Positions 27,283 through 37,850 of a stretch of 44,172 nucleotides of DNA are shown here, piece after piece. This stretch comes from Patescibacteria group bacterium. Lineage in GTDB: Bacteria > Patescibacteriota > Microgenomatia > Woykebacterales > JBBROZ01. The translations under genes and the position numbers were made by a program. Each line of letters opens with the position of its first letter. The first letter of the stretch is position 1. The DNA lies in assembly GCA_038228785.1 (NCBI GenBank), contig JBBROZ010000003.1, forward strand, positions 1 to 44,172, in the 5' to 3' direction. The notes under the pieces were generated by a model. It was not told where the DNA came from and did no database searches. It was given only the letters and a program-made list of their open reading frames with translations.

Positions 27283-27617
27283 GCTTTTTTCTCCTCCGGT
27301 ACTTTCTTGACGGGTGCTTTCTTAACCGGTGCTTTTTGGACGGGCGCTTGCTTGGCTTTGGCGGTCTCGTCCAATTTTACTTGTGGCAAGACTTCAACCC
27401 TGGTGTTTACCTTTACGACGCTAAACCTGACACGCCTACTCTGAGGACGTACTTCTTTGATCTCAACGCTGTCCCCGACATTCAACTTCTCAGTCGTCGC
27501 GGCCAAGAATTTTTTGCTACGACGCAACCTCTTACCATACAGCGGGTGGATCTTAATCTTTTCGACTAAGACTGTAACTACGCCGGTCATTTTGGTACTA
27601 GAAATTACTCCGATCAT
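27279..27617 (-). CDS. rpsQ: 30S ribosomal protein S17 with a repetitive basic tail
   Basis: Motifs G...S.KM...VTV.V, HPLYGK and GD.V.I.E.RP.S. Confidence 0.93.
   Translation of the reverse strand: MIGVISSTKMTGVVTVLVEKIKIHPLYGKRLRRSKKFLAATTEKLNVGDSVEIKEVRPQSRRVRFSVVKVNTRVEVLPQVKLDETAKAKQAPVQKAPVKKAPVKKVPEEKKA
27304..27350 (-). repeat. Degenerate 15-bp tandem repeat encoding [15 protein letters not shown]
   Basis: Three copies are visible in the 3' part of rpsQ. Confidence 0.7.
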
Positions 27618-27814
27618 CTGGTCTCCTTGGGTGTTTGGGCACTAATCATCCCGTAAAGTGTTGCCACCTCACGTTTTAGATTAGCTAATTTCTTAACATT
27701 TTTGTCTTGGCGCATGCGGTGTTCTAGGCTCGCTTTACGAATAGTTTTAATATCGGCCTCTAGTATCTTTTTTAGTTCTCCCAAATCCTTGGATCTAAGA
27801 TCTTTTAATTTCAT
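27614..27814 (-). CDS. rpmC: 50S ribosomal protein L29 (start moved to the ATG at 27814)
   Basis: MKLKDLR......L...LKREVA pattern; located between rplP and rpsQ. Confidence 0.9.
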   Translation of the reverse strand: MKLKDLRSKDLGELKKILEADIKTIRKASLEHRMRQDKNVKKLANLKREVATLYGMISAQTPKETR

Positions 27815-27815
27815 A

Positions 27816-28229
27816 TTAAATAACATCCTTCTCGATAAACTTGACATCGATCGGCAGTTTCATGGCCGCTAGCTTCAGGGCCTCTTTGGCCACCTCTTTA
27901 CTGATCCCGCCCATCTCAAAAAGCATCGTTCCTGGCTTAACGACGGCGGCGTAGTGATCAACGGCCCCCTTACCACTACCCATTCTAGTCTCAGGTGGTT
28001 TTTTGGTAATGGCCTTATCGGGGAAAATTCTGATCCAAATCCGACCACCCCGCTTGGTGTGGTGGGTCATCGCCCGCCTAGCTGACTCGATCTGACGAGC
28101 GCTAATCCAAGCCGCGGCCATAGCCTTTAGACCAAACTCACCGAATTCTAGCTCTGTGCCCCTAGTGGCTACACCACTGCGGCGTCCCCGGAAACTATAT
28201 CGAAACTTAACGCGTTTGGGAGCTAACAT
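27816..28229 (-). CDS. rplP: 50S ribosomal protein L16
   Basis: Motifs [21 protein letters not shown] and RMGSGKG. Confidence 0.98.
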   Translation of the reverse strand: MLAPKRVKFRYSFRGRRSGVATRGTELEFGEFGLKAMAAAWISARQIESARRAMTHHTKRGGRIWIRIFPDKAITKKPPETRMGSGKGAVDHYAAVVKPGTMLFEMGGISKEVAKEALKLAAMKLPIDVKFIEKDVI

Positions 28230-28870
28230 TAACCTAACTCCTCGCTTCTGGGCTCAGCATAAATCCATACTTTGACCCCGGTCACGCCCGACGTTGGAGT
28301 CTTGGCGGGAACGGCGGCAAAGTCGATGTTGGCACGCAGTGTTTGCATCGGGATAGTCCCGGTCTGGACTTTCTCACGACGACTGATATCAGATCCACCA
28401 ATCCGACCTCCGACTAGAATCTTGACCCCTTTAGCCCCACTTCGCATAACTCGGTCCATCGACTGATTCATGATTCGCTTGACGGGCATTCTTTTTTCGA
28501 TCTGATCGGCCAGATTTCTAGCCACCAGATAAGCGTTAAGATCGGGATTTCTTACTTCTTCGATATCCAAGCGCAATTTCTGACCGGCTTCCTTCTCTAG
28601 CATGGTCCGTAGCTCCTCTAGTCCGGCCCCGCCTCGTCCTATGACTAGACCCGGCTTGGCGACGTGGACTTTGATCATAAGCGCGTTCATGCTGCGCTCA
28701 ATGTCGACCCGGCAAACCCCAGCGGGCCTGAGCTTGGCCATAATAAGGGTCCGAAGCTTTAGATCCTTAAGAAGTTGGGTCCGGTAATCGCCCCGTTCGG
28801 CAAACCATTTGCTTTGCCAATTACGAGTGAGATTAAGCCTGAACCCAATTGGGTGAATCTTGTGTCCCAT
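28229..28870 (-). CDS. rpsC: 30S ribosomal protein S3
   Basis: Motifs MGHK.HP.GFRL, PG.VIGRGG, TLRANID and GVKVWI. Confidence 0.98.
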   Translation of the reverse strand: MGHKIHPIGFRLNLTRNWQSKWFAERGDYRTQLLKDLKLRTLIMAKLRPAGVCRVDIERSMNALMIKVHVAKPGLVIGRGGAGLEELRTMLEKEAGQKLRLDIEEVRNPDLNAYLVARNLADQIEKRMPVKRIMNQSMDRVMRSGAKGVKILVGGRIGGSDISRREKVQTGTIPMQTLRANIDFAAVPAKTPTSGVTGVKVWIYAEPRSEELG

Positions 28871-28871
28871 A

Positions 28872-29201
28872 TTATCCTTCTAGCACCACTTTAAGATGAC
28901 TGGTTCGCTTCAAGATCGGATGAGCCATACCGCGGCTTCTGGGGCGAAATCTTTTTAGCATCGGACCATCAGACACGAGAGCTTCTTTGATCATGAGTTT
29001 ATCGGTGTCTAATTTGAAGTTGTGCCTGGCGTCAGCTTGGGCGGTTCTTATGACCTGGGCAAACACTTTAGCCGCGTCTTTCGGGGTAAAGCGCAGTTTC
29101 ACCAACGCCTCATCTGCCCGCATGTTTTTGAGAAGTGGCGAGATTAGACGCATCTTGCGGGCGGTTATTCGAATGTTACTTAGTTCACTAGTTACAATCA
29201 T
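28872..29201 (-). CDS. rplV: 50S ribosomal protein L22
   Basis: Motifs RITARKMR and GP.LKRFRPRSRG.A..I.KRTSH. Confidence 0.97.
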   Translation of the reverse strand: MIVTSELSNIRITARKMRLISPLLKNMRADEALVKLRFTPKDAAKVFAQVIRTAQADARHNFKLDTDKLMIKEALVSDGPMLKRFRPRSRGMAHPILKRTSHLKVVLEG

Positions 29202-29208
29202 TTGTTCC

Positions 29209-29493
29209 TTAAGTTAGCGAGCTCGAGCGGTCAACCATCTTACCATGACTCCTAAAGGTTCTGGTAGGGGAGAATTCCCCAAGTTTATGGCCGATCATCG
29301 GTTCGATGACAAATACTGGGAGGTGATGACGTCCGTTATGGACCCCAAAGGTCAAACCGACCATCTCTGGGGTGATAACCGAGTCTCTGGCCCAGGTCTT
29401 GATGGGATCCCGGCTCCCGGACTCTTTAGCCATTTGGGCTTTTTTCATAAGTCTTTCATTTAGATAAAGACCTTTTTTTAGTGACCGACTCAT
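29209..29493 (-). CDS. rpsS: 30S ribosomal protein S19
   Basis: Motifs [19 protein letters not shown] and [11 protein letters not shown]. Confidence 0.98.
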   Translation of the reverse strand: MSRSLKKGLYLNERLMKKAQMAKESGSRDPIKTWARDSVITPEMVGLTFGVHNGRHHLPVFVIEPMIGHKLGEFSPTRTFRSHGKMVDRSSSLT

Positions 29494-30320
29494 TTAGCTC
29501 CCCTTCTTTTTAGAATTACTTTATCTGAATATTTTTTCTTACTTCTTGTTCTATACCCGAGAGCTGGCTTGCCCCATGGGGTCTTGGGAGACGGCATACC
29601 GATACCACTGCGGCCCTCTCCACCTCCGTGGGGGTGAGAACCAGGATCTTGGGCCACACCACGAACGGTCGGCCTAATTCCCATATTGCGCTTCCGACCA
29701 GCTTTACCGAAGTTCATATTTTTCCACTCGATGTTTGATAATACTCCAACTGTCGCCAAACACAGCTCTCCGACTAATCTCACTTCGCCCGAAGGGAGCC
29801 TGAGGTGAGCTTTCCCGCCCTCTTTGGCCATAAGGGTGATAGTTGTTCCGGCCGCCCGGCCCATCTTGCCACCAGCCCCCGGCTGGAGCTCAACGTTATG
29901 AACACTGGTCCCAATCGGCATCGAGGCCAAGGGCATGGTGTTACCAGGTTTAAGAGGCGCTTTCAGGTCAGAAATGACGCTGTCCCCAACGACCATTCCT
30001 TCTGGAGCCAGAATATATCTCTTGTCACCATTGGCAAAATTTACTAAGGCGATAAAGCTAGTTCGGTTCGGGTCGTACTCGATCGAAACGACTTTGCCAG
30101 GTATGGCGTGATTATTACGTTTGAAATCGATATCACGGTATAAGCGTTTGCTCTGCCCACCTTGCCCACGGACTGTGACTCGACCATAAGCATTGCGACC
30201 ACCGTGCTTTTTAATGACTTTGGTTAGTTTTTTAAGCGGCTTCACTCCTGTTAGCACAGTAAAGTCTCTTCCAGTGGCGAACCTTAGTGTTGGGGTGGTA
30301 CCGTGTAATTTCTTAAGCAT
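29490..30320 (-). CDS. rplB: 50S ribosomal protein L2
   Basis: Motifs [27 protein letters not shown] and HPHGGGEG. Confidence 0.98.
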   Translation of the reverse strand: MLKKLHGTTPTLRFATGRDFTVLTGVKPLKKLTKVIKKHGGRNAYGRVTVRGQGGQSKRLYRDIDFKRNNHAIPGKVVSIEYDPNRTSFIALVNFANGDKRYILAPEGMVVGDSVISDLKAPLKPGNTMPLASMPIGTSVHNVELQPGAGGKMGRAAGTTITLMAKEGGKAHLRLPSGEVRLVGELCLATVGVLSNIEWKNMNFGKAGRKRNMGIRPTVRGVAQDPGSHPHGGGEGRSGIGMPSPKTPWGKPALGYRTRSKKKYSDKVILKRRGAK

Positions 30321-30600
30321 CTTTTCCTACCTCAAACAAATCAATCTTTTGGTCTTTGGCCAAGGTGACAACCGCTTTTTTACCACGCGTGGTGGTCTTG
30401 GCCGCCCGAGCTTTACCGGCGCGGTAACTTTTGGGGGGAATAGCGGTAGTTTCAATTTTTTTGACAGTAACGTCGAAGGTTTCCTCGACCCAACGCTTGA
30501 TCTCAGGCCGGTTAGCCCCGCGGGTTACAACGAATGTGAAGCGTCCCTTGGAGGCTTCGGCTAATGAGTGCTCGGTTATGACGGGCCTGAGTAAGCTCAT
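30313..30600 (-). CDS. rplW: 50S ribosomal protein L23
   Basis: Motifs RPVITE, F.V...AN..EIK..VE..F.V.V and KKAVVTL. Confidence 0.96.
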   Translation of the reverse strand: MSLLRPVITEHSLAEASKGRFTFVVTRGANRPEIKRWVEETFDVTVKKIETTAIPPKSYRAGKARAAKTTTRGKKAVVTLAKDQKIDLFEVGKDA

Positions 30601-31301
30601 TTACTAACCTCGGCTAGCTTGGTAATCGAATCTTTGGAGAGCAGTAGCTTGGTCGCCGCCACAACCTCAAGAGCGTTTAGGTCACTCGCTTGTGTCAAAC
30701 GCAATGTGCCAATATTGCGGCTAGCACGAACGATGATCTGATCATATTCGGAGACAACCATCAAGGTTTTACCAGACAAACCAAGCTTGTGAAGAGCCGT
30801 GACGATCTTAGCGGTCTTAGGTTCTTTCATACTTAGTCCTTCGAAGATAACTAAGTCACCAAGTCGTGAGGACAGGGCGCTTTTAAGCGCGGCTCGGCGC
30901 ATCTTAACCGGCATATCTAAGCCCGGATCATGAGGCTTTGGTCCAAAGGTCACTCCACCACCGCGCCACTGCGGAGACCTGATCGAACCTTGGCGGGCTC
31001 GGCCAGTTCCTTTTTGCTTCCATGGTTTACGGCCCCCACCTCTAACTTCGGCTCTGGTCTTAGTCGACTGCGTTCCCTGGTGGGTGTTGGCGGTATAAAC
31101 CCGGATCGCTTGGGAAAGTAAAGCTTCGTTAACCTCGACCCCAAAGACATTTTCTGGCAAGCTGATCTTGCCGACTTCTTTACCGTTTAGATCCATGACC
31201 GGCAGTTCGAACTTGGAGACGGACTTAACTAAGGGCTGAGCAACACTGTCTGTCTTGGGAGCTACTTTTTTAACCACTGGGGTTACTTTCTTTTCAGCCA
31301 T
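30597..31301 (-). CDS. rplD: 50S ribosomal protein L4 with an N-terminal extension
   Basis: Motif TKTRAEVRGGGRKPWKQKGTGRARQGSIRSPQWRGGG. Confidence 0.98.
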   Translation of the reverse strand: MAEKKVTPVVKKVAPKTDSVAQPLVKSVSKFELPVMDLNGKEVGKISLPENVFGVEVNEALLSQAIRVYTANTHQGTQSTKTRAEVRGGGRKPWKQKGTGRARQGSIRSPQWRGGGVTFGPKPHDPGLDMPVKMRRAALKSALSSRLGDLVIFEGLSMKEPKTAKIVTALHKLGLSGKTLMVVSEYDQIIVRASRNIGTLRLTQASDLNALEVVAATKLLLSKDSITKLAEVSK

Positions 31302-32061
31302 TGCTCACTCCTTCGGCGACTGGAGCTGGAGTTGGAGTAGACGCGGCTTCTCCCTCAGTCTTGTCCCCACCCTCTTCAGTTGCGGGTTCATCGTCACCGT
31401 GTGGAAGAGCCTGGACTTGTGGACCGTGGTAGATCTTACGTTTCTTGTCTGATTTAGTGATCAAAACTAACGTTCCGGTCGCTCCTGGAACGCAACCTTT
31501 CAGCACCAAAACTTCGGTCTCCTGGTCAACTGACATTACTTCCAAGCCTCGAGTGGTGGTTTGCTCGTTACCCATCCGACCAGCCATTTTCTTACCTTTA
31601 AAGACCCGACCTGGGGTAGTGGTCGAACCAATCGATCCTGGAGCTCGGGCGCGGTCGCTTTGACCGTGAGTCTTGGGCCCACCGTGGAATCCGTGCCTCT
31701 TCATACCTCCGGCGAATCCTTTACCTTTACTAATCGAGGTGACGTTAACAACTTCGCCTTTTTTAAAGACGTCAGCCAGCTTGACCACGTCGCCAATGTT
31801 AATTTCTTCTGAACGTTCTAATCTAATTTCTTTTAGGACTTGCGGGGTGACTTTGGAGGCTTTGAGATGCCCTAATTGCGGCTTGGTAGTTTTCTTAGCT
31901 TGGCCTAGCCCAACTTGCACGGCTAGATAACCGTCTCTCTCAAGGGTTTTTATGGCAGTGACGGTGACTGGTCCCGCCTGGATTCTAGTCACAGGAACAC
32001 GGCGACCATCCGCGGTGGTGGCTTGGGACATCGTTAATTTGTGACCTAACATTGCTTTCAT
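31294..32061 (-). CDS. rplC: 50S ribosomal protein L3 with an acidic C-terminal extension
   Basis: Motifs DGY.AVQ, SKGKGF.G.MKRH, THG..R.PGSIG and GKKMAGRMG. Confidence 0.98.
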   Translation of the reverse strand: MKAMLGHKLTMSQATTADGRRVPVTRIQAGPVTVTAIKTLERDGYLAVQVGLGQAKKTTKPQLGHLKASKVTPQVLKEIRLERSEEINIGDVVKLADVFKKGEVVNVTSISKGKGFAGGMKRHGFHGGPKTHGQSDRARAPGSIGSTTTPGRVFKGKKMAGRMGNEQTTTRGLEVMSVDQETEVLVLKGCVPGATGTLVLITKSDKKRKIYHGPQVQALPHGDDEPATEEGGDKTEGEAASTPTPAPVAEGVSNG

Positions 32062-32084
32062 AAAGTCCTAACTAAGTTGGCCAT

Positions 32085-32197
32085 AAAGAAAAGCACCCGA
32101 CGCGGGTACTCTCCTAATTGGAGAACTTATCACATTGCCACTTAAGGGTGAGAATCTTAAGCTGGCTGAGTATACCAGGATAGTACACCTGATTCAA
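32085..32197 (-). promoter_or_regulatory. Internal promoter and structured leader between rpsJ and rplC
   Basis: TTGAAT(32197-32192)-17 nt-TATACT(32174-32169) with an extended TG. Three hairpins follow, the last ending in a U-rich tract. Confidence 0.7.
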
Positions 32198-32235
32198 CCC
32201 AGAGATTTTATGATTGCAAGAAAGGAGGGGAAGCC

Positions 32236-32544
32236 CTACATCTTCACTTCGATGCCTACCCCAGCGGGTAGCTCTAAGTGCATGAGTGAGTCAATAGTCT
32301 TAGGCGTGGGTTCTAAGATATCAACCAGTCTCTTGTGGGTGCGAATTTCAAATTGCTCCCGAGCGTTCTTGTCGATGAAAGGTCCGGTATTAACCGTGAA
32401 CTTCTCATGCTCGGTAGGGAGTGGAATCGGACCTACAACCTGGGCACCCGTCCTGATCGCGGTATCCAAAATCTCCTCGGCTGCCTGATCTAGCACCCGA
32501 TTGTCATAACTTTTTAAACGAACTCTTATTCTGCCTTTTGCCAT
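32236..32544 (-). CDS. rpsJ: 30S ribosomal protein S10
   Basis: Motifs [28 protein letters not shown] and LPAGV. Confidence 0.98.
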   Translation of the reverse strand: MAKGRIRVRLKSYDNRVLDQAAEEILDTAIRTGAQVVGPIPLPTEHEKFTVNTGPFIDKNAREQFEIRTHKRLVDILEPTPKTIDSLMHLELPAGVGIEVKM

Positions 32545-32627
32545 AATTTCATTTTGAGGGTTTCAAACCCCCGAGTCCTCCATCTGGGAGGAGCAGCTGA
32601 GGGAACCCGAAGGCTCCCTCAGGGAAT

Positions 32628-33827
32628 TTACGCGATAACTTTAGTAACGACTCCGGCCCCAACGGTGTGACCACCCTCTCGTATTGCGAACCGAAGACCC
32701 TCTTCCATAGCGACTGGTCCGATGAGCTTAACGTTCATCTTGGAAGTGTCAACTGGCATGACCATCTCGACGCCACTTGGTAAAGTAGCCTCGCCGGTCA
32801 CGTCAGTGGTTCTGAGGTAAAATTGCGGGCGGTATCCGGTGAAGAACGGAGTGTGCCTGCCACCCTCTTCTTTGGTCAGGATGTAAACCTCGGCTTCAAA
32901 CTCCGTGTGAGGTTTGATGCTTCCGGGTTTGGCGATAACTTGACCGCGCTCAACGTCGTCTTTTTCAATACCACGAATGAGTAGTCCGACGTTATCACCG
33001 GCTTGTCCTTCGTCGAGCTGTTTTCTAAACATTTCGACTCCGGTTACGACGGTCTTGGTGACCTCGGGTTTGATACCGATGATCTCGACCTCTTCGTTGA
33101 TCTTAACGACCCCACGCTCAACTCGACCAGTCACCACAGTTCCGCGACCTTTGATCGAGAAAACGTCTTCCACTGGCATCAGGAATGGCTTGTCTAAGGG
33201 ACGTTCTGGGGTTGGGATGTAAGAATCAACGGCGTCCATCAGATCCCAGATCGGCTTGCTCCATTTGCCCTCCCTGGAGGAGTCGGCGTCTTCGAGCGCT
33301 TTTAGAGCTGAACCCTTAATGATCGGGGTTTCCTCACCTGGGTAGTCATACTTAGTCAAAAGCTCTCTTACTTCGAGCTCAACTAGGTCGACTAATTCCT
33401 GGTCGTCGATCATATCGATTTTGTTCATGAAAACAACGATCTTAGGCACACCGACTTGGCGGGCCAGAAGAATGTGTTCTCTGGTTTGTGGCATGGGACC
33501 ATCAGCAGCCGACACGACCAAAATAGCACCGTCCATTTGGGCGGCTCCGGTGATCATGTTCTTGATGTAGTCAGCGTGACCAGGAGCGTCGATGTGAGCG
33601 TAGTGACGCTTGTCGGTCTCGTATTCGACGTGGGTAATGTTGATCGTGATACCCCGAGCTTTTTCCTCAGGGGCGTTGTCGATCTGGTCGTAAGCACGAA
33701 ATTCGGCTTGACCGGTGGAAGCTAGAACTTTGGTAATAGCGGCCGTTAAGGTCGTCTTACCGTGGTCAACGTGACCAATAGTACCGATGTTAACGTGAGG
33801 CTTGGAACGATTAAATTTTTCTGCCAT
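32628..33827 (-). CDS. tuf: Elongation factor Tu
   Basis: Motifs [31 protein letters not shown] and FAIREGG. Confidence 0.99.
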   Translation of the reverse strand: MAEKFNRSKPHVNIGTIGHVDHGKTTLTAAITKVLASTGQAEFRAYDQIDNAPEEKARGITINITHVEYETDKRHYAHIDAPGHADYIKNMITGAAQMDGAILVVSAADGPMPQTREHILLARQVGVPKIVVFMNKIDMIDDQELVDLVELEVRELLTKYDYPGEETPIIKGSALKALEDADSSREGKWSKPIWDLMDAVDSYIPTPERPLDKPFLMPVEDVFSIKGRGTVVTGRVERGVVKINEEVEIIGIKPEVTKTVVTGVEMFRKQLDEGQAGDNVGLLIRGIEKDDVERGQVIAKPGSIKPHTEFEAEVYILTKEEGGRHTPFFTGYRPQFYLRTTDVTGEATLPSGVEMVMPVDTSKMNVKLIGPVAMEEGLRFAIREGGHTVGAGVVTKVIA

Positions 33828-33836
33828 TTATTTTAA

Positions 33837-33922
33837 CCTCCTTAAGGTTTGTCATATCAGGAGATCTCACTTATCTCCAGAGACGACGCAAGCATTGTAC
33901 AGCCACGGCTACCAGGGGTCAA
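33837..33922 (-). promoter_or_regulatory. tuf promoter, leader hairpin and SD
   Basis: TTGACC(33922-33917)-17 nt-TACAAT(33899-33894); hairpin GGAGAT-AAGTGAG-ATCTCC; SD AAGGAGG(33843-33837). Confidence 0.75.
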
Positions 33923-33951
33923 TACCCCATATTTATTCCAAATGTATCAGA

Positions 33952-36069
33952 TCAGTCGGCGATTTCTTTGGGAGCGGATTTAGCCGAGATTTGGGTGGCC
34001 AGACTGCCTGGAACTTCGGCATAGTGGCTCGGCTCCATCGAGTAGGCGGCCCGGCCTTGGGTCATACTCCTGACCTGGGTGGCGTAGCCAAACATCTCGG
34101 ACAGTGGAACATTGGCCTTGATGACCCGAGCATTACCTCTTTGTTCCGTGGTTTCGATCTGGCCGCGTTTACTACTGAGGTCGCCTATAATATCGCCCAT
34201 GAACTCCTCTGGAACAGTCACTTCAACTCGCATGATTGGCTCCAGTAAGGCCGGATCAGCCCGACGAGTAGCTTCTTTGAAGGCCATCGCTCCGGCGATC
34301 TTGAAAGCGACCTCACTAGAATCAACTTCGTGATAACTTCCGTCGGTCAGCGTGGCTCTAATATCAATGACCGGGTATCCGGCCACGACACCAGTTTCCA
34401 GGGCTTCTTTGATACCTTTATCAACAGCTGGGATGAACTCACGCGGGATCCTACCTCCCACGACCGCATCGACAAACTCGTAACCCTCCCCGGCGGCTCT
34501 TGGCTCAACTGTTAGTACGACGTGACCATACTGCCCACGTCCCCCGGATTGCCTGATGTATTTTCCCTCGGCTTCGGCCGACTTTTTGATCGTTTCGCGG
34601 TAAGCGACTTGCGGGGCCCCGGTATTGGCCTCGACATTAAATTCCCGGCGCATCCGGTCGACGATGATATCAAGGTGCAACTCACCCATCCCTGAAATGA
34701 TGGCCTGTCCCGTTTCCTGGTCGGTTTTCACTCTAAAGGTTGGGTCTTCTAGACCGAGCCTTTGTAGGGCCAAGCTCATCTTTTCCTGATCGGCTTTGGT
34801 CTTGGGCTCAATAGCCAGCGAGATGACCGGCTCGGGGAAGGTAATATTCTCTAAGACGACCGGCTTGGCTTCGTCACACAGAGTATCACCGGTAAAGGTT
34901 TCTTTAAGTCCGACTGCAGCGCCGATTTCTCCGGCGTAGATCTCTGGGATTTCTTCGCGGTTATTGGCATGCATCAACATGATCCGCGAGATCCGCTCTT
35001 TGTTGTCTTTGGTCGAGTTGTAGATATAGCTACCACTGGTCAGCTTGCCCGAGTAAACGCGGAAGTAGGTCAGTTGTCCGATGTGAGCGTCGTTCATGAC
35101 TTTAAAGGCCAGGGCGGCGAACGGCTCATTGTCGTCAGTCTGACGAATTACTTCCTCACCGGTCTTGGGGTCAGTTCCAGTTACGGATGGGACATCGATC
35201 GGAGAAGGAAGAAGCTCGACCACGGCGTCTAGCATCGGTTGAATGGCTTTGTTCTTAAGAGCCGAGCCGGCCAATACTGGAAAGATCTTGGTGGCGGCGA
35301 CCGCTTTTCTAAGCGCCGCTTTGAGCTCATCAACCGTAGGCTCCTGACCGTTTAGATATTTTTCCAAAAGGATATCGTCGGTTTCAGAGATTGATTCGAC
35401 CAGTTTGGAACGGTACTCCTCAACCTGGGTCTTCATGTCATCTGGAACGTCGCCCATAATCGGATCGGCCCCGAGCTCGTCGTTAAAGGTGTAGGACTGA
35501 CGGGTTAGTAGATCGACCACCCCTTTAAAGCCTCCCTCAGTCCCAATTGGCAACTGATAAGCCTGGGCGTTAGCCCCTAAGCGCTCTTTAATCGTACTAA
35601 GTGACATAAAGAAATCTCCCCCGATCGCGTCGAGCTTGTTGACGTAACAAATCCGGGGCACGGCGTATTTATCGGCTTGGCGCCAGACCGTCTCGGATTG
35701 GGGTTCGACTCCCATCTTACCGTCAAACACTACGACCCCACCGTCTAGAACCCGTAAGCTACGCTCCACCTCAGCCGTAAAGTCGACGTGACCTGGGGTG
35801 TCGATAATATTGATCCGGATTTTTTGTCCGGCCCAAGGTCCACCAACAGGAGTCCAAAAAGTAGTCGTAGCCGCTGAGGTGATGGTGATTCCGCGCTCTT
35901 GTTCTTGAGCCATCCAGTCCATTGTGGCAGCCCCTTCGTGTACTTCCCCGATCTTGTAAGTCTTGCCGGTGTAATAAAGTACTCGCTCGGTGACGGTAGT
36001 TTTACCGGCGTCGATGTGAGCGATGATACCAATATTGCGGATTTTATCTAACGGGGTATTCCTGGCCAT
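33952..36069 (-). CDS. fusA: Elongation factor G
   Basis: Motifs [40 protein letters not shown] and YHEVDSSE. Confidence 0.99.
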   Translation of the reverse strand: MARNTPLDKIRNIGIIAHIDAGKTTVTERVLYYTGKTYKIGEVHEGAATMDWMAQEQERGITITSAATTTFWTPVGGPWAGQKIRINIIDTPGHVDFTAEVERSLRVLDGGVVVFDGKMGVEPQSETVWRQADKYAVPRICYVNKLDAIGGDFFMSLSTIKERLGANAQAYQLPIGTEGGFKGVVDLLTRQSYTFNDELGADPIMGDVPDDMKTQVEEYRSKLVESISETDDILLEKYLNGQEPTVDELKAALRKAVAATKIFPVLAGSALKNKAIQPMLDAVVELLPSPIDVPSVTGTDPKTGEEVIRQTDDNEPFAALAFKVMNDAHIGQLTYFRVYSGKLTSGSYIYNSTKDNKERISRIMLMHANNREEIPEIYAGEIGAAVGLKETFTGDTLCDEAKPVVLENITFPEPVISLAIEPKTKADQEKMSLALQRLGLEDPTFRVKTDQETGQAIISGMGELHLDIIVDRMRREFNVEANTGAPQVAYRETIKKSAEAEGKYIRQSGGRGQYGHVVLTVEPRAAGEGYEFVDAVVGGRIPREFIPAVDKGIKEALETGVVAGYPVIDIRATLTDGSYHEVDSSEVAFKIAGAMAFKEATRRADPALLEPIMRVEVTVPEEFMGDIIGDLSSKRGQIETTEQRGNARVIKANVPLSEMFGYATQVRSMTQGRAAYSMEPSHYAEVPGSLATQISAKSAPKEIAD

Positions 36070-36071
36070 AG

Positions 36072-36926
36072 TTAAACCTTCACCAGATCGATCATTTGTT
36101 GTAAGGATAGTTTGCTCACTTTAACATTCGGGGCGCTGTGCGAACCTGAGAGAAGCATGCGCTTACTTTGGTGTAGGTACCACTCGGCCTCAGTGTCGGT
36201 TTCTAGAAGTTTCTCGTAAACTTCGGTCAGGTCCACCTCAGTACCGGTCTTACCGGTAAAGCGGCGGTAACCAAGTTTCGGGTTGATCCCGATCACCAAA
36301 ACCTTACCTTGACGATAGGCGATAGTTCCCAAAGTGCCAGAGTCACTTTCAATCGCGACCGCTGGGCCCCACTTAGTGACAAATTCCTGACCTTTGTCCT
36401 TAAGCTGCTTCTCGGCCCCGGCGACATTGGTCAGGTAAGTTACCATGTAATCCATCAGCGGTAGCCCGTAGGATAGTTTCTTATCGGAATCGCCGTGGTT
36501 AAATTGTGAAAATCCGCTCCACAGGGACTCAATCGTGAAATCACTTAGCCAGTGGTCAATACTTTTAAGCGCGCCAGTGTCTTCTTGGAGGGTAAATTCG
36601 AGTAATTTCTCGATGCCGGCTTTTTTAATCTCATCGGTTGGAGCCAGTCCCCTGGAGACTAGATCTTTCCAAACCAGCGTCGCCGCGCAGTCTTTGGCCG
36701 CGGCTTCTTTATCAAGTCTGTGCTCGTCAAATTTGCTGCGTCCCAGTCCTAAGTACAAAGTATCCGGATCTTTGTCGACATTTTCCAGGTCGACTTCCCC
36801 ACCTCTGGGGTTAGTGGCCTTGTAATCAACTGTGAGCTCTCGCCACTCGGGATCGAGATTTTTGATTAGCCAAATGGCCACGATTTCGTCTAGGTGCGGG
36901 GAGATGTGGGTGATAATTTTTTTCAT
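36072..36926 (-). CDS. MYG1/DHH-like putative phosphoesterase, 284 aa (start moved to the ATG at 36926)
   Basis: Motifs [28 protein letters not shown] and C-terminal WYLHQS; fills the rpsG-fusA gap. Confidence 0.7.
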   Translation of the reverse strand: MKKIITHISPHLDEIVAIWLIKNLDPEWRELTVDYKATNPRGGEVDLENVDKDPDTLYLGLGRSKFDEHRLDKEAAAKDCAATLVWKDLVSRGLAPTDEIKKAGIEKLLEFTLQEDTGALKSIDHWLSDFTIESLWSGFSQFNHGDSDKKLSYGLPLMDYMVTYLTNVAGAEKQLKDKGQEFVTKWGPAVAIESDSGTLGTIAYRQGKVLVIGINPKLGYRRFTGKTGTEVDLTEVYEKLLETDTEAEWYLHQSKRMLLSGSHSAPNVKVSKLSLQQMIDLVKV

Positions 36927-36933
36927 GGGAGAG

Positions 36934-37404
36934 TTACCACTTAAAGTGGGCGAACGCCTTGTTGGCTTCAGCCATCTTGTGGGTGTCGTCTCGTTTCTTG
37001 ATCGCTCCACCCATATTTTGTGAGGCGTCCAACAGTTCCTGAGCCAGCTTCTCGGCCATGGTTTTACCGGGCCTGGCTTTAGCGGAGATAAGGACCCAGC
37101 GGATAGCCAAGGCTTCTTTGCGATCGCCGCGGACTTCCGATGGGACTTGGTAGCTGGCCCCGCCAACTCGTCTGGCTTTTACTTCCATACGAGGTGCGAC
37201 ATTTCGCAAAGCTGTCTCAAAGGTCTCGAGCGGCTCTTTTTTAGCAGTTTCTTTGATGGTGAGTAGGGCCCCGTACACGACTTTTTCGGCCACGGTTTTC
37301 TTACCGTCTTTCATAACCCGGTTAATAAATCTAGTTACCAAACGACTGCCGTAAATCGGATCGACTGGTAACTCTCTTTTTTTGATATATCTGCCTCGTG
37401 CCAT
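36934..37404 (-). CDS. rpsG: 30S ribosomal protein S7
   Basis: Motifs M.DGKK..A, EVKARRVGGASYQVP and HKMAEANKAFAH. Confidence 0.99.
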   Translation of the reverse strand: MARGRYIKKRELPVDPIYGSRLVTRFINRVMKDGKKTVAEKVVYGALLTIKETAKKEPLETFETALRNVAPRMEVKARRVGGASYQVPSEVRGDRKEALAIRWVLISAKARPGKTMAEKLAQELLDASQNMGGAIKKRDDTHKMAEANKAFAHFKW

Positions 37405-37407
37405 ATT

Positions 37408-37821
37408 TTAAGCCTTTGGTTTCTTCGCTCCGTATAATGAGCGACCTTGTTTGCGATCTTTGACCCCGGAGGCGTCTAGGTGGCCTCTGATGATGTGGTA
37501 TTTGACACCTGGTAGGTCTTTGACCTTGCCCCCTCTGATGAGTACGATACTGTGCTCCTGAAGTTCGTGACCGATACCTGGGATATAAGCGGTCACTTCC
37601 ACCCGGTTACTAAGCCTAACTCTAGCCACCTTACGAAGCGCTGAATTTGGTTTCTTCGGGGTCATCGTTTTGACTACGGTCAGTACACCCCGTTTTTGAG
37701 GGGAGAACGAGGCAGTCGGACGAAGAGTCAGCGAATTAAAACCTTTTCTTAGAGCCGAGGCTTTAATTTTCTTACTACCCTTAACCCGGGGGTGTCTAAT
37801 TAGTTGGTTGACTGTCGGCAT
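37408..37821 (-). CDS. rpsL: 30S ribosomal protein S12
   Basis: Motifs [25 protein letters not shown] and KDLPGV.YH. Confidence 0.99.
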   Translation of the reverse strand: MPTVNQLIRHPRVKGSKKIKASALRKGFNSLTLRPTASFSPQKRGVLTVVKTMTPKKPNSALRKVARVRLSNRVEVTAYIPGIGHELQEHSIVLIRGGKVKDLPGVKYHIIRGHLDASGVKDRKQGRSLYGAKKPKA

Positions 37822-37850
37822 AACTTGGCGATTTTACCTGATTGACCCGA

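Noticed and set aside
36927-37166. 80-codon upstream extension of the MYG1-like ORF overlapping rpsG (possible frameshift fusion)
   Set aside because: rpsG is intact with a normal end, no convincing slippery site was seen, and the first family motif begins right after the ATG at 36926. Similar spurious extensions occur for rplR, rplE, rpmC and rpsK.
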